Shown: positions 14,536-23,307 of the stretch, piece by piece | How the letters are laid out: every line of letters begins with the position of its first letter | Numbering within the stretch: position 1 is the first letter of the stretch | IMG/VR virus record: IMGVR_UViG_3300020045_011686 | Coordinates: 1-39,826 of that record | From: a virus | Taxonomy: Duplodnaviria; Caudoviricetes | Direction: 5' to 3' (one strand) | Length of the DNA stretch: 39,826 bases | Program-made: the position numbers and the translations under genes | The notes under the pieces: generated by a model | The model's input: only the letters and a program-made list of their open reading frames with translations | Databases searched by the model: none | Told to the model about the DNA's origin: nothing

Positions 14536-16565
14536 TATCGGTGGTACTGAGCGCAAGGAACGAATGGCCGCACATTGCGTTCACCATTCATTCAATCTTA
14601 AACGCGCTTGAAACAGACTACACGCCAGACCAATACGAGCTAATTATTGTCGATAATTGCTCAAACGACTGGAAAGAGAAACGTGGTGATGGCGGGACGG
14701 TGGATTTTCTCTCATCGCGAGGGATGTTTCATAACGGAGTTCTTCGAGTGATGAAATACCCTGTCGCTTCAAATGTTGGAGCAAGAAATTATGGAGCGAA
14801 GTTCGCGCGAGGGAAATATCTATTCTTCTCTGACGCCCACATGTCCTATGGGCTTGGGACGTTCAAACGCTGGATAGAAACGATTGATGAATCGGGTGGG
14901 ATTGTTCATCCTGCGGTGGCGTGGATGGGCTCGTATCCTCCGCAGAAAGGATATCAGTACAGTTGGAAACTTGGAGAAGAATTCAAGGGTTGTGTTGATG
15001 AAGAAACCGAGATTCTTACCCGGGAAGGTTGGAAGAAGTGGTATGAAGTATCGATGGAGACTGAATTCGCGACAGTGAATAGAATGAACGAACGGCACGT
15101 CGAATTCCAAAAACCACGAGATTTGCTCATAAAAGATTATGAGGGTGATATGGTGCATATCACACATCGAAGTTACGACGCACTCCTCACGCCCAATCAT
15201 CGAGTATTATATCAACCACAAGAACTTCACAGGCGACATGATACGGAGTGGAAAGTGAAGTTCGCTGAAAACGTAAGCGGGAACGAGTTCCTTCCACTAA
15301 TAGGAAATGGTATTGAGAACTCGGTTTCCATACTGCGTGATGAAATGGTTGAACTTGTAGGATGGATAGTAACTGAAGGATGTTTCGATAAAGATACCAT
15401 CACCATCACACAGTTCCACCAAGAGAAAAGAGCGCACATAGAATCGTTGTTGCGTCGACTGGATATATCGTACTGTATTCACGGTAAGAAACGCGATTTT
15501 AAGATTCACCAACGGGATTCGAGAAAAATTAAATCGCTGTTACCCGTAAAGGAGTTGACGCTTAGTTTTCTGTATAAATGTAGTCGCTCGCAACTTGAAT
15601 TATTACATAAAGTACTTATCGACGGCGATGGGACGCGTAGTAAAACGGCGGAACACTTCATACAAGTAAATAAAAACACCGTTGACGCTTTTCAGATACT
15701 ATGTGTACTAACCGGTAAAGCGAGTAGAACGACGATACGAGAATTCACACCCGAGATGCAACACTACGGTAAGAAACAAATAAGTGTTGTTTCGGTAAAA
15801 AAAACTGAATATGTTAGTGGATTTCGTGTAGAACGGGAGAAGTACTCTGGAAAGATTTGGTGTCCAGACCTCAAGAATGGAACTATTTTCATCAGAAGGA
15901 AGGGACACGTTATGCTTACTGGAAACACGTGGACGAATTACTCTCTTTCAACAACAGACTGGTTTTATGTCGGTGGGATGGGACACTGTTCTCTCGGAAT
16001 GCTTCGGCAACAATTTCTTGATTATCTCGGATATATCGAGAACCGTTGTTATGGTGGTGGGGAGATGTACCTTGATACTTTGTGGTGGATGATGGGGTCA
16101 TGTGCCGTGACGGAACCACGGATTAACGCATACCATCTTTCTGCGGGGCGAGGATATGCGTACTTTCATGATGACTATGTGCATAACGTGTTTACCTGTT
16201 CATTGGCGTTGGGAGCGGATTGGTGGGCGGAAAGAACTTATATCAACTACCTCCGTAAGGGAAACGAACAACGCTTACAGGAACTGTGGAAAGAGGCACA
16301 ACAAACTGCCAAGACACAACGGAAGTTCGTTGAGGAACATCGTATCATGACGTTTAATGAGTTGATTGTGAACAAACCATGGGATGTAAAAAACATCGAG
16401 AAGTTCGGTAAAAAGAACTCAGGTATGTTGGTTTTCCACCCAACGTGGTTGAAAGAGATTGAGAAGTGTCAACGAGCGCAGGCGGTATACGACGCTTCAC
16501 CCACCCAGAAAGAACTGGCGAAGTTCATCGAAGAAAACCTCTCGCAGAACGTATATCGGAAGTAA
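14523..16565 (+). CDS. glycosyltransferase family 2 containing an intein
   Basis: ISVVLSARNE, IIVDNCS, ARNYGA, FSDAH (DxH), YGGGE; interrupted by an intein. Confidence 0.85.
   Translation: MPPLISVVLSARNEWPHIAFTIHSILNALETDYTPDQYELIIVDNCSNDWKEKRGDGGTVDFLSSRGMFHNGVLRVMKYPVASNVGARNYGAKFARGKYLFFSDAHMSYGLGTFKRWIETIDESGGIVHPAVAWMGSYPPQKGYQYSWKLGEEFKGCVDEETEILTREGWKKWYEVSMETEFATVNRMNERHVEFQKPRDLLIKDYEGDMVHITHRSYDALLTPNHRVLYQPQELHRRHDTEWKVKFAENVSGNEFLPLIGNGIENSVSILRDEMVELVGWIVTEGCFDKDTITITQFHQEKRAHIESLLRRLDISYCIHGKKRDFKIHQRDSRKIKSLLPVKELTLSFLYKCSRSQLELLHKVLIDGDGTRSKTAEHFIQVNKNTVDAFQILCVLTGKASRTTIREFTPEMQHYGKKQISVVSVKKTEYVSGFRVEREKYSGKIWCPDLKNGTIFIRRKGHVMLTGNTWTNYSLSTTDWFYVGGMGHCSLGMLRQQFLDYLGYIENRCYGGGEMYLDTLWWMMGSCAVTEPRINAYHLSAGRGYAYFHDDYVHNVFTCSLALGADWWAERTYINYLRKGNEQRLQELWKEAQQTAKTQRKFVEEHRIMTFNELIVNKPWDVKNIEKFGKKNSGMLVFHPTWLKEIEKCQRAQAVYDASPTQKELAKFIEENLSQNVYRK
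14991..15926 (+). mobile_element. intein with LAGLIDADG homing endonuclease (312 aa)
   Basis: G|CVDEETEILTREGW start, block B LLTPNH, LVGWIVTEG and LIDGDG motifs, end IWCPDLKNG...LTGN|T. Confidence 0.9.
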
Positions 16566-16596
16566 CACAAAACCCCCGCAGGGGGGGGGCTGTGTT
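16564..16596. terminator. hairpin at convergence of the two genome arms
   Basis: AACACA..CCCCC-GCAG-GGGGG..TGTGTT between the GT2 stop and the muramidase stop. Confidence 0.55.
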
Positions 16597-16606
16597 CACT
16601 TGACCA

Positions 16607-17014
16607 CTACAACAGTTTAAGTTTCTTGCTGCAATTCGTCCAGTGACGCAAGGCATCCTTATCTTCCTCAATCATACGGTATGCAAGGTAGCGTTGAAAC
16701 TCCCCGTCCATGAGGAAGTTTTCCCACTCCGCTTCCTCTGCGTTGGGTAAAAGGTCATACCTATCAACGAAGTGGCGGAATGTACCCTTCTTGAATTGCA
16801 AAATCGAATATGAAGGACTTCCACCATCATCCCAGTTGATAGCAGTAGGGTCTCCACCAGACTCACAAATTGCCAGTTTATTGACCACTTCCACGATAGA
16901 AGTGTTAGGCATTGGGTATGGTGGGATTTCTTCGATTTGGGCTGTTTTTATTGTTTGAGGGGTGAATAATAGTGTAAGTGAGAGAGCGATATTGACTACT
17001 TGGTGGATATACAT
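16607..17014 (-). CDS. lysozyme-like/transglycosylase with N-terminal signal or anchor; candidate endolysin
   Basis: Hydrophobic N-terminus; LAICESGG (catalytic Glu), SILQFKKGTF, HWTNC. Confidence 0.75.
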   Translation of the reverse strand: MYIHQVVNIALSLTLLFTPQTIKTAQIEEIPPYPMPNTSIVEVVNKLAICESGGDPTAINWDDGGSPSYSILQFKKGTFRHFVDRYDLLPNAEEAEWENFLMDGEFQRYLAYRMIEEDKDALRHWTNCSKKLKLL

Positions 17015-17030
17015 GAGATATATTAACCAA

Positions 17031-17056
17031 TAAGAAAACCCCGTCGAACGGGGCTT
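17031..17056 (-). terminator. intrinsic terminator
   Basis: Minus strand AAGCCCCGT-TCG-ACGGGGTTTTCTTA. Confidence 0.7.
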
Positions 17057-17061
17057 CCCTT

Positions 17062-17107
17062 AACATATCACACTTTTTTTTGATTTTCAACTTGTGAGTG
17101 TGGATAT
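17062..17107 (-). promoter_or_regulatory. sigma70-type promoter with upstream DnaA-like box
   Basis: ATATCCACA (1 mismatch, 17099-17107), TTGAAA (17085-17090), 17 nt, TATGTT (17062-17067) with TG extension. Confidence 0.5.
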
Positions 17108-17301
17108 CAGCGTTTTCTGCTTACAGACTTAGCGAACTTGTCAACCGTGCCAACGGTTACCGACACTCCGAGGATAGTGGAGATGAGTGTCACGATGTTT
17201 TCCGAGACAATACCTTCACTCCCCAAGTACACCGTCACCGCCATTATCACCACCTGCCAAAACCTCACGCTCGATAAGATGTTTCGCACTTTTTCTAACA
17301 T
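17107..17301 (-). CDS. putative holin (2 TM)
   Basis: SVRFWQVVIMAVTVYLG and IVTLISTILGVSVTV helices, basic tail; next to muramidase. Confidence 0.65.
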   Translation of the reverse strand: MLEKVRNILSSVRFWQVVIMAVTVYLGSEGIVSENIVTLISTILGVSVTVGTVDKFAKSVSRKR

Positions 17302-17458
17302 GGTTTTTATAGTACCCATTCATGCGTTCGACCTTTCGTTCGTGGCGACAAGAAAGACACCACGGTGATTGGATGGATTTGTATGTTTCGCCACAGCGTT
17401 CACAGGTCTTTGTGTGTCCGATGATGGCGTATCCGCGAACGGTTCGATTGCGCGTCAT
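17216..17458 (-). CDS. small Zn-finger protein
   Basis: CERCG...WCLSC; ATGA overlap upstream, 3' end overlaps holin. Confidence 0.5.
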   Translation of the reverse strand: MTRNRTVRGYAIIGHTKTCERCGETYKSIQSPWCLSCRHERKVERMNGYYKNHVRKSAKHLIEREVLAGGDNGGDGVLGE

Positions 17459-17700
17459 AGTATTCGTTGTAATAAGTTTACCACAAGACCAACCAATGTC
17501 ATGACCATTAACCATGAAATGCGGTCAATCTTCGCATTCATCTTCTCTTGGTAGATTAGCAGCGCGTCTTTTGCGTCATCAAGAGATTGTTGGATATGCA
17601 CAAGATGGTTGGTTTTGATTTCACGCACCTGTTCCTCGAGTGTTGAAAGACGCTGTTCGACTGTGAGTTTGTATGATGTTTCTCCGTTGGCGGTTTCCAT
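17455..17700 (-). CDS. XhlA-like coiled-coil membrane protein (lysis cassette)
   Basis: EQRLSTLEEQ...NHLVHI coiled coil plus C-terminal TM helix. Confidence 0.65.
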   Translation of the reverse strand: METANGETSYKLTVEQRLSTLEEQVREIKTNHLVHIQQSLDDAKDALLIYQEKMNAKIDRISWLMVMTLVGLVVNLLQRIL

Positions 17701-17701
17701 G

Positions 17702-20700
17702 TTATATGGATGGTATCTCAATAACGGGGATATTAAACTCAGGGATTTCGATTGATGGGATTTCATTACGCGTTTCCTTTTCCTCTTTCTTCGCGCGTCC
17801 AAACCACCAGTAGAAGAGTTTACCACCAATAGGAATGTCGCGTATCGTTCTGAGTCTTGCCACGGACGCATCTTCGTCTTGGTCGATGAACACATCCTTA
17901 AAGTCTTTCGATATATCGTCAGCGAGTTGTGTCGGCGGAAGTATCTGCTCGGCAGCAGTCCTACCAATCCCCTCTTTCCCGATTTGAGATATCGTATAGC
18001 GACTAAATCCCGTTGCTTTCGCGAAACTCTCAATCAGACGGTCATTCCATTTCGTCTCTTTCCCCGTAAGGAAATCTTTCAGTTCATCTGCCGTTGCATT
18101 GAATAGCATCAGCATTGCGCTCAACTTCATAAGATTTTTCACGCCTTCGACGCGAGTTTCTTTATTCTTCATGAGTTGGAATGACTCGCGCCTATACACG
18201 TCCCACACCTTAATCATATATGTTTTGAGTGCATAGAAAACCCGTCCGTTCGGAGCTTCAAGATATTTAAGTGGAACTTCCGATAACGCAACGGGTTGAA
18301 AGTCAAGAAGTTCGTTAAATAGAAGGTACTTTACGTTTTCCGTAGTTCTGTTGTTCCGTAGGTCAGATACAACGCCAATCGCGTCCTCTCCGAATATGGG
18401 TTTTAAGCGTTCGATGAGTCCTTGCGGAGTACGCGTTGCTTCATCTTGAAGGGAACGAAGCGTACCATTGAGAAATGATTCCTTGCCAAGTTGGTCGGTT
18501 CTATCGAGCCCAGACCAACGGAATGTTCGATTAACAAAATCAGCAAGCGACCCCTTATCCGAAAACTCAGAAGCGATGTGAGTAATCCCAATATCATCAC
18601 GAGTGATTCCTCTTCCGATGATGGCATCTCCTACCCCCGGTAACCCCTTGAGTCCTGCGCGATAGAACGTAAACGCAAGGTCGCCTAACTGCGTAAGCGC
18701 GTTGAGGGGAGAACTCATAACCGTGATGTACCCGACATTCTTTACCGCACCCAACCACGGTGCCATTTGCGCTCCCGAAAACCGTACTTTGAGAATCCTC
18801 GATAACTCTAGTTGTTGTTCGGATGTGAGTTCCCCAGCAACGATAAGGTTGTTCACATACGCACCGATGACATCATCAAGCGCAGCATTTGGTTCAAGGT
18901 TTGTAAGGTCGAGGTGTTTCCCGAAGAACTTTCTCGATTCGATGAGGTTGTTTGTACCCTCAATGTACCTGAACATGGCATCTACGGAATTTTCATAAAA
19001 CTGGTTGAGTTCGGGAGTTACAACATCAATAAGGCGTGATTTTAGTGAACCTGTCTTCGAAAGCGTCACGTTCTGACTACGGAACCCACGCATAAGCGTG
19101 TTGATGATGTTCACTTTTTCGGTGTCGGCGAGTGGGCGACCGAGCTTTGCACTTGCTTCACGGAACGCTTTTTCTATGACTCCATCGCGGTCGTTTCGAG
19201 AAAAGTACTCGAGAACTCCACGGACACTACCTTTATCGTTCTTAAACGCACGGGGGAAGTAGTTGTTGAGGTAATCTACTTTGAGCTCGACTTCGTTTGC
19301 TCTGCGATATATATCGTCAAGCATCTTCCGCGTCTCACGGAGCTCGACACCAAAGCCATGTTTGTCGGCGATTTCAAGAACGTCATCAATGAATCCGTTT
19401 TTCATCGCAACGTCGAGTTTCATGAAGTCGTCCACTGGGACTTTACTCAGTTTCGTTGCGAGCGTTTGTGCAACCTTTACATCGGCAAGAGTTTTCATTC
19501 TTACATCAAACTCGAACTTCCGAACAGCGTACTTCAATGTTGGGTCGATATTCGCAAGACGCGTTGAGATAACTCCAAGTAGGTCTTCTCCGCCCTGCTT
19601 TATGGAATCTGCTGCGTTTCTCGCCTTTGAAAGGATGCGTTCACGTGTGCTTGGTTGCGTGCTAGTGAAACGCTCATAGAATTTCTGGTCTGCTTTTGTT
19701 GCAAGCGTCTTAGGAGCGTCCGAGAAAAGCCCTTCACTACGCTTGAAATCGAGTCGTTTGGATAATTCTTTGATAACGGCATCGAGTTGTGTTTCATCCA
19801 TTTGACGAATCGGTACCGTAAACTCAAGTTGCTTTTTTACGTCGCGAATCGCGGTGCTACTAAACTCTCCCATCTTCCGTAGGAAACCGATTTTGCTTCT
19901 CAATGAAGATAAGTGTTTCGACTGCTCGACAAGTGCATTGAACGCATTTATTCGCTGGGAAGCGAACTCAATAGCTTCCTCAAGTTTCCCCGGCGTATTT
20001 GCATTTCGAACAGTACGAAGGAAGATACCGCGTTCATCCATTGGAAGGTTTTCAGTAATGAATTGAATCGTTTCGTCTTGAAGGTCATATACTTGTTTTT
20101 TCGCAAGCGTTGTTCCTTCACGGTAGCCACGAGCAATGTTCTTGATTTTCTCCTTTAAGAGGGTAGTTTCCGCTTTCAGAATCCTCGTTGGTGCTGGTAC
20201 GGAAAGTATCTCGCGACCAACACGGTCAATGTTACCACCACTTGCAGTAACAAGGTCATGAAACTTCCCGGGGGTAAGCCCAAGTTCTTCGATTTGTTGC
20301 AATGTTTTTGCCGACAATGAACGCACTGGGGAATCAGCTTGTTTTAGTGCCGTCGAGATACTATCTATAAACTGTTCTTTTGTGAGTCCACGACCCGTAA
20401 TACCTTCTGCTACGCGACGTAGTTCGTTTGGAAGCGGCGTTGGCGTTGCGGTTTTTTTAGGAACAGAGAAACTTGGTACCGCACTGAGGGCTTTCCCATC
20501 TTTGAGTGCAAGGTCAACAAGTTTTACAACCTCGTCTGGTTTGTTGACGTCCTTCAGGGTTCGCGCAAGACCGTCAACCGCATCATCGCTTCCGCGAACG
20601 ACCGTTTGCAGGGTCTTTTTTATTGCAATCTCGTCGCCTGTTTTCGCGATTGTGTCCCCGATTTCTTTCAGTGCGGTTTCCAACGTCTTTTTCTTTCCGG

Positions 20701-21163
20701 GGAGTCCCGGTATAACGTCGAGGGCACCAATGAAAACACCCAACGGGATAGAAAACCTACTCGTTGTTTCCTTTGAAATGCCAATCTTGTTCAGTATCGG
20801 AGCGAATTCTTCGCCTATAGTACGAAAACTGAACGGTTTATCGGTTCCATAAACCGCTTTCCCTATTTTTCCCTGTGGAACGAACTCTGCGCCAAAACTT
20901 CCTTTCGTTGCGGCCGCGAATGTTGCCCCAAAAGAACGCGCCGTGCCTTGCGCGATTTCTTTTCCTGCGCCACGCAGTCCCTCAAGAATAGTTGTCGCTG
21001 TGGGTTTCGCTGCAACAGAACGCGCCTGTCTTTCGGTAAGTGCGGCTTCACGTCTAAACGTAGCGATGCGTTTCCCTGTTACTGCTTCGGGAGTCCCGGG
21101 TAACACCAACTTTGATTGCGGTCTTTTTAACCCACTCTGTTGTCCGGGGAGTACCAACGCCAT
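17702..21163 (-). CDS. large internal virion / DNA-ejection-like protein
   Basis: 1153 aa, helical, NYFPR motif; last large gene of a podovirus-like morphogenesis operon; function inferred from position. Confidence 0.6.
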   Translation of the reverse strand: MALVLPGQQSGLKRPQSKLVLPGTPEAVTGKRIATFRREAALTERQARSVAAKPTATTILEGLRGAGKEIAQGTARSFGATFAAATKGSFGAEFVPQGKIGKAVYGTDKPFSFRTIGEEFAPILNKIGISKETTSRFSIPLGVFIGALDVIPGLPGKKKTLETALKEIGDTIAKTGDEIAIKKTLQTVVRGSDDAVDGLARTLKDVNKPDEVVKLVDLALKDGKALSAVPSFSVPKKTATPTPLPNELRRVAEGITGRGLTKEQFIDSISTALKQADSPVRSLSAKTLQQIEELGLTPGKFHDLVTASGGNIDRVGREILSVPAPTRILKAETTLLKEKIKNIARGYREGTTLAKKQVYDLQDETIQFITENLPMDERGIFLRTVRNANTPGKLEEAIEFASQRINAFNALVEQSKHLSSLRSKIGFLRKMGEFSSTAIRDVKKQLEFTVPIRQMDETQLDAVIKELSKRLDFKRSEGLFSDAPKTLATKADQKFYERFTSTQPSTRERILSKARNAADSIKQGGEDLLGVISTRLANIDPTLKYAVRKFEFDVRMKTLADVKVAQTLATKLSKVPVDDFMKLDVAMKNGFIDDVLEIADKHGFGVELRETRKMLDDIYRRANEVELKVDYLNNYFPRAFKNDKGSVRGVLEYFSRNDRDGVIEKAFREASAKLGRPLADTEKVNIINTLMRGFRSQNVTLSKTGSLKSRLIDVVTPELNQFYENSVDAMFRYIEGTNNLIESRKFFGKHLDLTNLEPNAALDDVIGAYVNNLIVAGELTSEQQLELSRILKVRFSGAQMAPWLGAVKNVGYITVMSSPLNALTQLGDLAFTFYRAGLKGLPGVGDAIIGRGITRDDIGITHIASEFSDKGSLADFVNRTFRWSGLDRTDQLGKESFLNGTLRSLQDEATRTPQGLIERLKPIFGEDAIGVVSDLRNNRTTENVKYLLFNELLDFQPVALSEVPLKYLEAPNGRVFYALKTYMIKVWDVYRRESFQLMKNKETRVEGVKNLMKLSAMLMLFNATADELKDFLTGKETKWNDRLIESFAKATGFSRYTISQIGKEGIGRTAAEQILPPTQLADDISKDFKDVFIDQDEDASVARLRTIRDIPIGGKLFYWWFGRAKKEEKETRNEIPSIEIPEFNIPVIEIPSI

Positions 21164-21164
21164 A

Positions 21165-22700
21165 CTACTTTGCGGTATTCTTCTTCGCTTCGAGAGCTTC
21201 GTCGGCAGTAACAGTATCTATGTACGACTCAAGTTCAGCTATCTGTTCTGCGGTAAGTGTTACAGTACGTCCACCTATTTTCAGTACCCCTCCCGTTGAA
21301 CGAATCAGTTTCTTCGCTGCCTCCTGTGCAGTTTTAAGCTCGGAGCCACGAGACGATAGAAGTTTTTTATCAAAAACCTGTCCAACAAGGACTTTTGCGG
21401 TTTCAGTTGCCTGAGCTTGTGTTAAACCAATTGTGTCTAGCACTGAGTCTATTTCCCCTGTTTGGAGGTTTGTGTTTTCCATAGCGGCAACCCGTAACTC
21501 GGCTCGTGTTGCATTTGGATTCAGTTCCATTAACTCTCGAACGTAATTGAACTCACTCCCACGACCAGTCCCGTAAAGTTGCTCAAACCTTGCTTCCGCA
21601 CGTGCAGATGTTTCCTCTGCAAGTTGTGTTCTCCGTTCAGCTCGCTCCGCAGATTCGATAGCACGTTCTTCTGTTCTTATCGCACGCTCTTCACGCAATA
21701 CCGACTGCTTTTCGGAAGACTCAAATCGTTTCTCTGACAACTCTTGTGTACGGAGTGCGCGTTCCTCACGCTGTGCTTCGAGCGTTGGCACTAACTTATT
21801 CCCCACAACCGCAAGTCCAACTTTATTTAATTGGTCAATCGCTTCTTTCTGATTCGCTTTTGCACTCTTCACCACGTCGGCAACGTCGTTGATGATGCGT
21901 TCCCGAAGGTCGAGGTCTGCGTCAAGAATCTTTGAAGCAAGTTCTCTATCCACTCCAAGTTTCGACATTGCCAGTTCATCAGCTAATGCTTTGACCTGTG
22001 TTGAACGAATACCTGACATACCAAGCCCACGTTGTCCGAGACTGTTTTCCAACGATGTTTTTTCTGAAGAGTACCTCTGTTCAAGTTCCTGTTTCTTTGC
22101 TTCTGCGGCAGCTTCGTCGGTAAGTCCACGGAGGTCGAGGCGTTCTTGGAATATCTTAAATTGCGGTGAGTTAAACACACTCTGAATCAATTCATCTTCC
22201 GATGGTGCGGCGGGGATACCGAAGTTCTCTAACGAGAAGGATTGTGTTGGTGTTTCAGCTAATGTTTCAGTTTTCTGTGGAAGGTCTGCGATATCTATAT
22301 TCTGTGGAATATCCGCAAGGTCGGTGTTCCCGTATCCTTTATCAGAAAGTTGCCCGAGCGAAGATTGAACTTGCAGAGCGGACTCTTTTATTTTATTGAG
22401 TTGGTCTTGAAATGCTTGAAAATTTGGTTGAGGAATCGACGAAGTGGTTTTCGCGGCATTCATTACGTTTGTTGCGGGTGCTGGTGTCTGCGTCAATGGT
22501 AACGGGTTATTATATTGCGTTCCTGTGTTGGTTGCGACAGCGTTTTTTAACGCGCGGTTTTGTTCAACGCTGTCGTTAAAAACTCCAAGCCGACTATCAA
22601 GTCCAAGGTCTTTATAGAGTGTTCGCTTGCTTGAAGGTTGGTATCCCTTCGAAGCAAGGAAGTCATTGACTTGTTGGATTGATGGAATCGTAATTGCCAT
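21165..22700 (-). CDS. internal virion / ejection-like protein
   Basis: Coiled-coil rich, RGLGMSG motif, position after tail genes. Confidence 0.55.
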   Translation of the reverse strand: MAITIPSIQQVNDFLASKGYQPSSKRTLYKDLGLDSRLGVFNDSVEQNRALKNAVATNTGTQYNNPLPLTQTPAPATNVMNAAKTTSSIPQPNFQAFQDQLNKIKESALQVQSSLGQLSDKGYGNTDLADIPQNIDIADLPQKTETLAETPTQSFSLENFGIPAAPSEDELIQSVFNSPQFKIFQERLDLRGLTDEAAAEAKKQELEQRYSSEKTSLENSLGQRGLGMSGIRSTQVKALADELAMSKLGVDRELASKILDADLDLRERIINDVADVVKSAKANQKEAIDQLNKVGLAVVGNKLVPTLEAQREERALRTQELSEKRFESSEKQSVLREERAIRTEERAIESAERAERRTQLAEETSARAEARFEQLYGTGRGSEFNYVRELMELNPNATRAELRVAAMENTNLQTGEIDSVLDTIGLTQAQATETAKVLVGQVFDKKLLSSRGSELKTAQEAAKKLIRSTGGVLKIGGRTVTLTAEQIAELESYIDTVTADEALEAKKNTAK

Positions 22701-22701
22701 A

Positions 22702-23307
22702 TTAAATGAGTTCAACAATAAATTGACGTATAGAAAGTGTATTTCCTGCGGTCGCGGCCGACCACGTTCCTGTTGCTTTTATCTGTTGCATGGTTGTCGT
22801 ATCAAGTGTTTGGGTTCCCGTTGAACCTGAATCCTTGTTGACATTATTGATTGTAGCATGTACGAAGGACTCTGCGGTACCAGAGGTACCCACAGCCGAT
22901 ATAATCATCGTCCACTGCATGTACCATGGTTGGTTGGTTACCGCCCCAGCAGTTGACGCAATGGTATGGTATGTGGTGTCCGTAGAGCCATTCTTGGACA
23001 TTTCGAGTTTGATGGATATAGTGTCAGAACCATTAGAATTTGAGTACACCCCCGCCATGGTGACCCGAATAGCCCTATCCTTGATAAAGATTTGATTAAA
23101 GCGCAAATTTTGCGTCTTGAGGGTGGTTTCATTGGTGGTAACGCCTATTGAAACGACTGCCGCATCATTAACGATGTTCACCTCCCCCGTAATCTGACGG
23201 TCTTTGATGTTAGTGAAATCAACCGCCAACCCACGCGAGGCAAGGCGGTCTTCGGTCACCACATTGGTCGCTGCGGGGTATTTTTCTTGGTTATCTTGTG
23301 ATGTCAT
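22702..23307 (-). CDS. virion structural protein (beta-rich)
   Basis: 201 aa, beta-sandwich-like composition, tail region. Confidence 0.55.
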   Translation of the reverse strand: MTSQDNQEKYPAATNVVTEDRLASRGLAVDFTNIKDRQITGEVNIVNDAAVVSIGVTTNETTLKTQNLRFNQIFIKDRAIRVTMAGVYSNSNGSDTISIKLEMSKNGSTDTTYHTIASTAGAVTNQPWYMQWTMIISAVGTSGTAESFVHATINNVNKDSGSTGTQTLDTTTMQQIKATGTWSAATAGNTLSIRQFIVELI

